From positions 3,807-67,806 of the IMG/VR virus record IMGVR_UViG_3300046103_002699: 64,000 nt of DNA; one strand, given 5' to 3'. This DNA comes from a virus (lineage: Duplodnaviria; Caudoviricetes). A program made the translations under genes and the position numbers. Numbering within the stretch: position 1 is the stretch's first letter; the number at the start of each line of letters is the position of its first letter. The notes beneath the pieces are model-generated. The model searched no databases. It saw only the letters and a program-made list of their open reading frames with translations, and was not told the origin of the DNA. Positions 10,047-18,900 of this stretch are shown piece by piece.

Positions 10047-11033
10047 TCACTCTTGTCCTAACATGCTGTAAAGCGTTGCTCGGTCTAAGCGATCCATGCT
10101 GTCCCTAATTCCTTGTGGTGTGATTTTAGGTTGTTTTGAAACTGTAGATGTATTACTCGCGCTCGTAAGAACTTTTGTGTTGGTCTTTGGTGGACGGTTG
10201 AGGTTGTCTACTGTGACTCCTCCACTTGGGGGAGAAATGTCTACTGTAGTAGAAAACTCGTTTGCCATCAGTTCGACCCACTTAGGACTCTCGAACACGG
10301 ATGCATAGTCAGGATCATTCTGTTTCTCTGCCACAAAAGCGTCGAACTGTTTGCGTGCGGTGCTTTTAGTGTCTTGTAAAACAGGAAATCGTTGGAAAAC
10401 TTTGTCCCGACTCTCTACCGCTTTTTGACGGTAGGTCTCTTGAAAGTTAGCCTGCTCGCGTTCTTTATCTCTTTCTAGTCGTTGCTCTATTTTAAGATGA
10501 GCAACTTTCTTTTCCATTATCTCGTTTTGCAGTTCAAAAGCTTGAGCAGTGTCTAATTCTTCAGACGCGGCACGTGCTTTAGCTTGCAACTCCTTGATAT
10601 CGGATAAAATCTGATTAAGTTGGCTTTCAGGTGAATCTGCTTGAGTCTGTGCTTGCGGCTCTGCCTGTGTAGGTGAAGCTGCGTCCGCGCTGCCTTTTAT
10701 AACTTGAGATGCTTCCGCTAGAGTTCCGTGAAAACCTTCAGATTTATATAAATCTAAAATCTGTTGATCCACGTCGTCTTTAGGTCGCACTCGCATTTTG
10801 GCGAGACGGTCTTGCTCAGTATCAGTCTCAGCGTCTTCGGAAGTTTCTTCAGTGGTGTTACCGACTTCAGTTTCTTCTTGCGTTTCTGTTTGGGTCTCGT
10901 CGCTTTCAGGAGTTTCCTCGCTGACTGCGTCTCCTGTAAAATAACTGCGAAGTTCTTCGTCTGTTAGTTCACTCGGATCGAGCTCTCGTTCGTCGGACGG
11001 GTTTCCCGCGCCCTGCGATGTAGGCTGTGTCAT
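10047..11033 (-). CDS. Putative capsid scaffolding protein
   Basis: Acidic low-complexity N-terminus, coiled-coil middle, position immediately upstream of the capsid gene. Confidence 0.65.
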   Translation of the reverse strand: MTQPTSQGAGNPSDERELDPSELTDEELRSYFTGDAVSEETPESDETQTETQEETEVGNTTEETSEDAETDTEQDRLAKMRVRPKDDVDQQILDLYKSEGFHGTLAEASQVIKGSADAASPTQAEPQAQTQADSPESQLNQILSDIKELQAKARAASEELDTAQAFELQNEIMEKKVAHLKIEQRLERDKEREQANFQETYRQKAVESRDKVFQRFPVLQDTKSTARKQFDAFVAEKQNDPDYASVFESPKWVELMANEFSTTVDISPPSGGVTVDNLNRPPKTNTKVLTSASNTSTVSKQPKITPQGIRDSMDRLDRATLYSMLGQE

Positions 11034-11081
11034 TTAATTGATATACCAACAATACTGTAAAAATTACAAGCGGTTGTATTA
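11034..11081 (-). promoter_or_regulatory. Late promoter with TAATACAAC box, 48 nt before ATG 11033
   Basis: TAATACAAC-CGC-TTGTAA-N18-TATATC-N6-ATG; the TAA is also the stop of the upstream ORF. Confidence 0.65.
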
Positions 11082-11897
11082 TTGGGTAGGTGGGTTAGTT
11101 TTGTACGGATGAGATGAATCCAACTCCGATTCGACTCCCCATTTATGGGATAAATACCCCTCAAATTTTTGTCGGTTTGATTCGGTGACATCCTCGCAGA
11201 AGATGACTTCCGCGACTGATCCTGTAGGATATTGATCCTCACCTCGGTTTGTGAATATCCGTAAAGTTTGACTTAGTGAAAGGTTTGAATTTGTGCTTTG
11301 TGCCAACCCGATTAATTTTCCATTTATTCGGAAAGTATAATTATTTAAAGTCGAATCAAAACTAGCGGAGAATAGATTGAACCCGTTTAAATTATTAGAG
11401 TTAAGAATATCTGCTTGAGTTGTGAGAATTCCCGTCGATGTAAGTCGCCCCTTAAACCCCGATACATTCCCCGAATCAATTTGAAAATCTTTGAGAGCGT
11501 CGAGCGATAAAATTGAATCATTCCAATGATCTTGAGATGTAACATCGCATAAAATAAAAACTTGTAAATCGCCACTCGAAGGAAGCGAGAAATTCTCCTT
11601 CTCGAAATAATCATCACCATCAAGCTCGATTACATTAAGACTGTTCTGAGTCGATAATCCTGTGTGTGGATTATTGTTCGCGGTTAATAAATTAGCGTTG
11701 CCCGATTTGTCTGACCACGAAGTTACTAAATTATTTGTGGCGGTTATTGTGCTTGTGTCCGCTGCATCTGCCCACAATTCAAGCGTTAATTCGCTTGGGC
11801 TCCACGGAGTCGGGTTAGAACTCGCAGACGTGCTTAAAGAAGAGCTTGAGGATGCCCCACTAGAACTTGTAGAACTAGAAGGGCTACTTAGTTTCCC
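11079..11897 (-). CDS. -1 frameshift extension: Ser-rich linker plus concanavalin/LamG-like beta-sandwich domain
   Basis: Frame is open upstream of the track's TTG (11777) to 11906 with no other start codon; encodes LSSPSSSTSSSGASSSSS...PTPWSPSELTLELWADAAD; entered at the G GGA AAC site. Confidence 0.7.
   Translation of the reverse strand, partial: GKLSSPSSSTSSSGASSSSSLSTSASSNPTPWSPSELTLELWADAADTSTITATNNLVTSWSDKSGNANLLTANNNPHTGLSTQNSLNVIELDGDDYFEKENFSLPSSGDLQVFILCDVTSQDHWNDSILSLDALKDFQIDSGNVSGFKGRLTSTGILTTQADILNSNNLNGFNLFSASFDSTLNNYTFRINGKLIGLAQSTNSNLSLSQTLRIFTNRGEDQYPTGSVAEVIFCEDVTESNRQKFEGYLSHKWGVESELDSSHPYKTNPPTQ
11854..11897 (-). other. Programmed -1 ribosomal frameshift signal
   Basis: Slippery heptamer G GGA AAC (11897-11891) directly before TAA, 6-nt spacer, then hairpin GCCCTTCTAG/CTAGTGGGGC (9 of 10 pairs). 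Confidence 0.7.
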
Positions 11898-12259
11898 GAA
11901 GAAGAGCTAGAGGAAGTAGAACTGCTCGGAGAAGACACATCGGGAACAGGCTCGTTGGCGACGTCGCCTACGGCAAAATCAAAAGTTTGCGAGTATGTGC
12001 GCGAAACTGTGCCGTCTTGGTTAGTCGTATAAGAGCCCTCAAAAGAACTAACTCTTGTAGGTGGTACGCTCATGTCAGACAACTTATCGGTCAGCGTTTT
12101 AATAATAGCATATGCGACCTTGACTCCGTTGCCTGTTGTAGCGTTTGCTTCTGAAGCTGTGAGTTCTCCTAGAGGAAACAAGTCTGCTAAATTTAGCGTA
12201 ACACTTGTAGTGTCCGCTGAATAGTTATCTCCGAATAAATCTGTTGGTGTAGCTGACAT
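11888..12259 (-). CDS. 123-aa virion (decoration-like) protein with Ser-rich tail
   Basis: Has its own late-promoter box; ends VSSPSSSTSSSSSSGN at the slippery site. Confidence 0.6.
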   Translation of the reverse strand: MSATPTDLFGDNYSADTTSVTLNLADLFPLGELTASEANATTGNGVKVAYAIIKTLTDKLSDMSVPPTRVSSFEGSYTTNQDGTVSRTYSQTFDFAVGDVANEPVPDVSSPSSSTSSSSSSGN

Positions 12260-12307
12260 AATATATAATTCTCCGTTGTTCTATTTTATTTGCAAGCGGT
12301 TGTATTA
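12260..12307 (-). promoter_or_regulatory. Late promoter with TAATACAAC box, 48 nt before ATG 12259
   Basis: TAATACAAC-CGC-TTGCAA...ATG; the TAA is also the stop of ORF 12305..12532. Confidence 0.6.
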
Positions 12308-12532
12308 CTTGTACGAAGGGTTTAGCCCCGTGCCTTTTTTAGAATACATTGCTTTTGGAAGTTTGCTCGGTGTCCAATCACCCTCTTTGGCTTGGTAGTT
12401 TTTAGATGCCTTGGGCTTCAGTGGAGTGATTTTCCGTTTAGTATCTTGATGGTATGGATGCCCTTTTGGGATGGGCGGAGCTCCTACGCCTTCCCTGATT
12501 AAGCTGTCTTTCATTTTTTGGTTCTGTGGCAT
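12305..12532 (-). CDS. Basic hypothetical protein
   Basis: 75-aa ORF in the tightly packed late operon. Confidence 0.6.
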   Translation of the reverse strand: MPQNQKMKDSLIREGVGAPPIPKGHPYHQDTKRKITPLKPKASKNYQAKEGDWTPSKLPKAMYSKKGTGLNPSYK

Positions 12533-12534
12533 GG

Positions 12535-12651
12535 CTAGAATAGTAGATGCAGCGCGCCTGCTAGTAGTAGACAGCCGACGGCAATGGTTATGATTCGCTT
12601 GTTAGGAGGCATCCTCCGAAAAGCGTCTTTTAGTAATAGGAAGTTTTTCAT
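12535..12651 (-). CDS. 38-aa single-pass membrane peptide
   Basis: ATG at 12651 overlaps the upstream TGA (ATGA); MKNFLLLKDAFRRMPPNKRIITIAVGCLLLAGALHLLF. Confidence 0.5.
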   Translation of the reverse strand: MKNFLLLKDAFRRMPPNKRIITIAVGCLLLAGALHLLF

Positions 12652-13103
12652 TTGGGTGGTTTCACGGGGAAAGGTGCTCGTGTTAAAGATTTTGCAGCTT
12701 CTTGCTGTGCGCATCGGCGCGCTACAAAAACAGGAATCGCTAAATAACCAATTAAACAAATCCCCACGATTAAGAGAATACGTTGTATTTTAGAAGCAAA
12801 TTCGTCGAAAGACGATTTGTGTTCCCCTAGCCCTTGTTCAACAAGTTTTGACACGTCACCATGTGTCAAAGCGTCTATGGTTTCGCGAGCTTCTTCAATT
12901 TCTGCATTTCCACGAGCTACTTCGCCTAAAAGAGCGCCACCGCCACCGCCTAGCGCGGCACCCGCAGGGCCCGCTAAACTGCCAACGCCCGCGCCTATGA
13001 GAGCGCCGCCTGTGGGATAAAACTGTTTCAAAGAACAAGAACATGTAAGCATCAACGTAATTGATGCGACTACCAGCACTTCAAATAAAAACCAAATTCT
13101 CAC
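12648..13103 (-). CDS. Putative lipoprotein with glycine zipper and C-terminal TM (u-spanin-like topology)
   Basis: Hydrophobic N-terminus ending LTCSC, GxxxG zipper, helical middle, C-terminal hydrophobic helix ILLIVGICLIGYLAIPVFVA followed by RR. Confidence 0.45.
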   Translation of the reverse strand: MRIWFLFEVLVVASITLMLTCSCSLKQFYPTGGALIGAGVGSLAGPAGAALGGGGGALLGEVARGNAEIEEARETIDALTHGDVSKLVEQGLGEHKSSFDEFASKIQRILLIVGICLIGYLAIPVFVARRCAQQEAAKSLTRAPFPVKPPK

Positions 13104-13339
13104 GGGATGTAAGGGTAGCTAGGAGCATTGCTGCTTAAAAATTGTTCTATATTCGCGACTCGCGTAGCGAGCGCCGCAAGATCAATTTTTGTCAGATCAA
13201 GACTAGCTTGCGTGCTATAATCACTTAGCACTGTTGATAGTGGCGCGGTGAACAGTTCGCTGTTAGAGGCGACTAGAACTTCGTCGCTACCGCTAGTTGC
13301 TGCTAATTTTTTTAAATCTTCTAGTTTTACCGTTCTCAT
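13100..13339 (-). CDS. Small virion-associated hypothetical protein
   Basis: Coupled by overlapping start/stop on both sides; C-terminal heptads LAALATRVANIEQFL. Confidence 0.6.
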   Translation of the reverse strand: MRTVKLEDLKKLAATSGSDEVLVASNSELFTAPLSTVLSDYSTQASLDLTKIDLAALATRVANIEQFLSSNAPSYPYIP

Positions 13340-13632
13340 TAGTTATTGCTGTTTTTATTAGTCATGACCACAACTCCCAAGCCTTCTTTTTTCATACGAC
13401 CCTCTATTTTAGAAACGAGAGTGTGTGTCAAGGTACGGGGGTCGAGTCGCTTAGACTCGTTAATTATTCCTTTTAAAATTATAGTGTCGTTGACACTTGT
13501 TTTGCTGTCCATCATGCGAGTGGCTAGTTTATTAATGGTTTCATCGTAAGCTCTGCACAACATTTCAAAAGCCTCGCTTTCAATCATCTGCAAAGTCTGT
13601 ATACGTTTGTCGGTGTCGTTTATTGATATCAT
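13339..13632 (-). CDS. Small helical protein downstream of portal
   Basis: 97-aa ORF in the position of the small post-portal gene common in podoviruses. Confidence 0.65.
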   Translation of the reverse strand: MISINDTDKRIQTLQMIESEAFEMLCRAYDETINKLATRMMDSKTSVNDTIILKGIINESKRLDPRTLTHTLVSKIEGRMKKEGLGVVVMTNKNSNN

Positions 13633-13661
13633 CTCTATTTTCCCATAGTTGGTAAGTTCAT

Positions 13662-15668
13662 CTACGCTCCGCTTCCGTCTGTGTACTGATTGGCTCCTGT
13701 TTGATTGGAGTTGCCCATACCGCGAATCGCGTCTGACGCTCCTTGTTGCTGTAAAGCTTTGTCGTTTGGTTGTCCTTCTTCGTCTCTAGGGACGTCGGGA
13801 GCTTGGTCAGGTAAGTACTCGTCTGCGTTTTCGTAGCCTAACGCCTTGACGATCTCTTTAATCATAGGTTTGACGAACTGCCTCATCTCAGGAGGATACG
13901 CAAAGTAGCGATCCATAGATTTAAGTGCTAGGTCTGCTCTTTCGATCTGACGCTGTCCTTGTTCCTGTGAAACTTCTATTGTGACATTAGTAGAGAGGTT
14001 CTCTAAATCGCGAGGCTTCATTTCGGCAAATGTTCTGACATCGCCTTCCATGTATTCGTAAACTTCTCTCTGATCTAGTGTAGCGCACTCTATGCTAACT
14101 AGCTTAGTAAGATGCTCTTCAAACTGCTCGACAATTCGGCGAAGCCATCTTCGTCCGATTTTAGATGCCTCTCTTAATGTGGCTTCTACTCCTGTGGCAG
14201 TTGTAGCGGGTTGCAACACTTGCATGTCTCCCTGCGCTAAATTACTAACCCCAAGCCAAAGCTGAACTACACTAAAAACAAAATCAATGAGGCTCTGTGT
14301 TTTTAGATCTAAATTCGGTATTTCAACTGCTGACAGGAAATCCTGCATACGGTAATTATCTTTGAGAGTGAAAACCTTACCCGCATGTATTTCAATGTCG
14401 TCGGGTTCTTCTTCTAGTGCTTGGGGGTTCGCTCCTAATATAGGATTAGCACTAAGCTCGTTGCGAAAAGCCTGTGAGTTAAACTGTTTGTCTATAAACT
14501 CTTGAAAAGTGTGTATGCGTTCGGGAAGAGACGGGCCCCACCAACGATTTCGGTCTCGGTTAATGCTTACTACAGAGTATGGTATGCATTTATCGGGAGT
14601 AATCTTCTGAACATACTCATAGTAAATAGCTTTCTTACACAGCGGATCGTAAAAGAAACAAAATTCTTGAGGGTGACCTTTGCCCAATATATCTCGTTTA
14701 ATCCAACACTCGACTATTTCTAGCTTGGGATCGTCTCGGTCAAAGCCTAAGTTTTCGCGGTAGTCCCGTTCGCGGTATCCTTCTGTTTTGGGCTCGGCTG
14801 TGCTCTTGTCTTTTACCATTTTCTTATACTCTTCGACAGAGTAAAACCCACGGTTTAAAAACATGTTCTCAACCCAATCCCAATTTTTATCGTATTTTTC
14901 AGCGATAAAATCGGCATCTTCTAAAGACACTACGTCAGAAGGTGCGAAAAAACGGTCGTAGTCCACTAAAGCTGTCTTCGGGCCTTTGTAGCGCACGGTC
15001 TGCATGTCTATGCCTTTCGTGTACTCGCGAAACTCGTGCCGTGAAGGGTCGAACGCAAAACTAGGGTCTTCTTGTAAAACCATCTGAGGCAGGTTCAAAG
15101 CGGGATTCATTATTTGTATGAACTCATTCTCCCCCTCGATGATCATGCCAATTTGATCTAAAATAATAGGTTCGGGCGATCCTATCTCATACAAGACTCG
15201 TGCTTCGCGATCCGTGTATTCTGCAACATCTTCCTTGTATGTAGCTTTGAGGATCGCGGCTCGCTGTACAAACGCCTGCAAGTATGCATCTTCTAGTACT
15301 CTACGATTCTTTCCTTTGGTTTCTAACTTCCAATTAAAATACCGATCAAAATCCTGTGCCTGTTTCATGTCCGAAGCTCCTTGAGCGTCGAATTTAACAT
15401 AGGGAGTCTGCCCCGTGATGTCGTCTTCAGCTCTAGTGACAAAATGATCAACCACGAGAGTGGTCAGTGGCACTGAGACATTAGATTTTTCGTAAATCGT
15501 GTCGGGTTGCACCCGTTCTTGGCGTTCGTTGTGGTAGACTGACCAAGAGTGTCTATCGTTTAAAATACGATCTCGGTTGTCGTCTTCTAGCGACTTCAAC
15601 CTTTTTTCAACGTATTCGAGTAGATTGGCTTCTTGTTTTTCTGTTAATACAAGGCTAGTCGTGTTCAT
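13662..15668 (-). CDS. Portal protein
   Basis: 668 aa; NELSANPILG..., GVSNLAQG...TATGVEATLREAS clip-region pattern; head-module position. Confidence 0.8.
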   Translation of the reverse strand: MNTTSLVLTEKQEANLLEYVEKRLKSLEDDNRDRILNDRHSWSVYHNERQERVQPDTIYEKSNVSVPLTTLVVDHFVTRAEDDITGQTPYVKFDAQGASDMKQAQDFDRYFNWKLETKGKNRRVLEDAYLQAFVQRAAILKATYKEDVAEYTDREARVLYEIGSPEPIILDQIGMIIEGENEFIQIMNPALNLPQMVLQEDPSFAFDPSRHEFREYTKGIDMQTVRYKGPKTALVDYDRFFAPSDVVSLEDADFIAEKYDKNWDWVENMFLNRGFYSVEEYKKMVKDKSTAEPKTEGYRERDYRENLGFDRDDPKLEIVECWIKRDILGKGHPQEFCFFYDPLCKKAIYYEYVQKITPDKCIPYSVVSINRDRNRWWGPSLPERIHTFQEFIDKQFNSQAFRNELSANPILGANPQALEEEPDDIEIHAGKVFTLKDNYRMQDFLSAVEIPNLDLKTQSLIDFVFSVVQLWLGVSNLAQGDMQVLQPATTATGVEATLREASKIGRRWLRRIVEQFEEHLTKLVSIECATLDQREVYEYMEGDVRTFAEMKPRDLENLSTNVTIEVSQEQGQRQIERADLALKSMDRYFAYPPEMRQFVKPMIKEIVKALGYENADEYLPDQAPDVPRDEEGQPNDKALQQQGASDAIRGMGNSNQTGANQYTDGSGA

Positions 15669-15716
15669 TGTGTTAAAGATACTTGTAGGGGCTGCGCGCT
15701 ACAACAGGTTGCATTA
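15669..15716 (-). promoter_or_regulatory. Late promoter with TAATGCAAC box, 48 nt before ATG 15668
   Basis: TAATGCAAC-CTG-TTGTAG-N17-TATCTT-N7-ATG; the TAA is also the stop of ORF 15714..15950. Confidence 0.65.
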
Positions 15717-15950
15717 TTCCTCCTCGTCGTCGTGGGGGTCGTCGAGGTCTTCTAAATTTATGTCTGACTCAAAATTAACAGTTTCTGTAAATCTTTCTAA
15801 CTCTTCTATACACACTTCCGCCATGTGCTCTTCCATTAAATCGTATTCTTCGTAAGTTCCATTTAAAAAAGTGTTAAATGCCGTTCTGAACATTTCTTTT
15901 TGGTCTTCGTAGGGAACTTCTTCCCCTTCTTTGCTCTTATTAATAGTCAT
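15714..15950 (-). CDS. 78-aa highly acidic protein
   Basis: 27 of 78 residues are Asp/Glu versus 5 Lys/Arg; overlaps the end of the giant gene. Confidence 0.65.
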   Translation of the reverse strand: MTINKSKEGEEVPYEDQKEMFRTAFNTFLNGTYEEYDLMEEHMAEVCIEELERFTETVNFESDINLEDLDDPHDDEEE

Positions 15951-18900
15951 CTATTCCCATCCTTTCTGCTGTTTTTATGAATTTGTTCATTAAGCGCGTT
16001 CGTTTTCTCTTTAAGATTTCAATTTGAGTAACTTTTTGCTGACCCGATAATATTTTGTGGTTTTCCACTGCTTCGATTTGGCGGCGTAAAGTCGCAAGCT
16101 GTTTTTGCACTGTCTTTTTATAGACGCTGTTGAGCTTCATTCTAGGAGCTTCGTATTGTATAACTGCTTGTGCTTCTTCGGGGGTTCCGTTTTTCCTGTA
16201 GTGCTCTATTCTTTCTTTGGAAACGCCTGTGTGATTAACTAGATTGTAAAAGCGTTCTGTGTCGTAATAAACGGTCTTGTCTCCCACAAACCTTCTTAAT
16301 ATTGGGATATCGTTTAGGGTAGGGGAGGCTTCGTCAGATTGCGTTGCCTTAGAAGCTAAATCACCCGACCTACCTATGAAAGAACCTAGACCGCCAAAAA
16401 TATAATTAGCCATGTAGTCTATTGTGTCGGGAGATATGTCAATAGCCCCGCTTCTTTGCAAGTCGCCTCCCGTAAATCTGTTCAGTCCTTGTGCTATGCT
16501 TTTGGACATTTCGGTTGTGCTTGACCAATGTAAGGCGGAGTCGGGGGTTCCATTATTAAATTTATCTTCTTTGTATACGGGAGCTCCTTTAAAATCCTGG
16601 TTTAAACTCAAGTCCATTATAGGCTGTAGCGCAGTTGGTGTAAGCGCCGCTGCCATTGAGCTTCCTCCTATAGGACTAAAGCTTTCTAGCGCAGTAGCTC
16701 CCCACGTTAAAGCCGCGTCTCCGAGCTTCATGTTCCCAAATATAGTAGATTCTAACAAAGTTCCCGCTGATGTAAAAACGTTGATACCGTATGGAGTGGG
16801 AATCTTTGCGTGTTTTTCACCAAAGCTAGGTAAAAAGAAATGTAAGTTGTGTGTCTTACTGTAGGGGCTGACTCGATCCCACGCAGACATTTCTAACTCG
16901 TCGTCTTCGTCAGACATCAATCTGTTTATGAAAGAATTCATAAAACCTAATAAAACCGCTCCGCCTAAAAACTTTCGGGCTTTTGGGCTTTTGTACGCTG
17001 TGCTTAAAACTTTGGCACTGCCTTGCACTCCCGCGTTAAAGAATAAATACATGCCGTTTAAAGCTGTCGTCCACTCTCCTTTTCTCGTGAAGTTAGTTGT
17101 GAGGTTAAGGGCTAAGTTCGCGGCTTTTTGTTTTGAGATGCCCTCTTTAACAAAAGCGTCATACGCGGTGACGCGGACTAGGTTTTCTACCGCACCACTT
17201 GTCTTATCCATGAACTCATACGCACCTTTGAGAAACGTTTTCATTCGTTGAGGATCGTTTGGATCAAACTCGCGAACGGAACCGCCAAACTTCTTGGCTA
17301 ACTGTTGCACGGAGTCGAACCCGAAGAAATTTATTCTACCGCCGTTGTCTGAGAAATCTTGAAATATGTCTGCCCACTTCTGCACTTCGGCTGAGTGTTG
17401 AAATTTACTACCTTTTAGTTTTTCAACGCCTTGCGATACCAACATCCCCCGACCGCCTGTTGTTTGTAACAAAGCTCCTTGAAAAGCGCTTCGTAGGGTC
17501 TTTGGGTTGTACATGTTTTTCAAAGCACGGGTCTTGATCTGCTCCACTTTCTGTTCGGTAATTTCTCCGCGAGCTACTTGATCTTTAAAGTCGCTGTCTA
17601 ATCCTTTAATAGAGTAAAGACCCATGCCCCAATCCCGTACAAAGTTAACAGGGGTAAACGCGGGTGATAGTGTAGTCCGTAGCGCAGCCATTGTGCGTGT
17701 TACTACTTTAACGGTGTTAACTAAAACGCCCGATTTTTCAGCTCCTAAATTTTTTAAAGCCCGCGCTACAGAGCTAGTTCCGTCTAAGCGATCTCCATCA
17801 AGACGCAATGCCACGGTTACGCCGTTAATTTTCATTCCAACTATATTGGGATCATCCTTCCAACGTGGGTCTAGTTGTTTTCTAGGCTTCCCGTACTTAT
17901 CGATTGTCGTGACCATGACACCTTTAGTATAGCTAAATAAATTTTTAGATATGCCTTTAAGAGCGGGGTCTTTGTGGGCGGAGGCTACTAAGTCAAAAAA
18001 CGATCTCATGACTTCGTTCTTTTGGGATTCGACTATGCCCTGCCTAGACAACGCAAAAGCGTATGCTAGGTGATTAGAAACCATTGAGTCTTTAACTAAA
18101 CCTCCCGACGATCTGAACTTGTGTTTCAGTGTATTCATGCCTCGGCTGATTGGAAGCACTGTTTGATTCAACTGCGTCTTTACATCTACATTAGAATGGT
18201 CGTAGTAACTAGAGACCTCTTCCCACCCGCGAAGAGGGATAAAATGTTTGTACGCTTTGCGAATTCGATCAAAATCTTTTTTGCCTATGAGTCCCGACTT
18301 ATATTGTCGCTCTAAAGAAAGACGGTTCATCTTGTCTACTAATCTTGAAGTGTGCTCATACGCAGCCACCCCCGCTGGGTTTTGTTTAATAGTCTTAATC
18401 ATCCGCACTATGCGGTCGCGTTGAGGCTCTGTTAATTTGCCTGCCACGTGCATTGCGTAAATAGCTCTTTCATTTAAAGCTAATGCGTGACGCGAGGCAT
18501 CGTCGGAATAACCTGAACCCGCTTCCACGTCGCTTTTAGTTGATATAGTGCGTCCTTGTAGTCTGCCTTTTTTAAGTTTGATATTCCCCTGCCTCGGCCA
18601 ATTAGGTTTCTGCGTTCGTTTAATTTTCTTTTTAGCAAAAGCTTCAGCTTTAGACTGGTCTTGAAACTCTTTGGTTTTTGTTTCTACGGTGCCGTCTGCA
18701 AATGTGTTTACCCAAGATACTTTAAAACCTGTAGAAAAATCTTTAGCTTTTTTCTCAGCTCCGTAGCTCCTAAATTGTTTTTGCACTAGCCGTCCGTTTT
18801 TTCTGTAGCTGACTGTTACAACTTTAGACTGCTCCCGATTAACAGCATTTCTTTCTTGGGCGTGTCTTAGGTGTAAATAATCGTCTAAAACTTCTACATC

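Noticed and set aside
11079-11777. Track ORF starting at TTG 11777 as an independent gene
   Set aside because: The start falls inside the WSPSELTLELWADAAD domain opening and has no SD; the frameshift explains the frame better.
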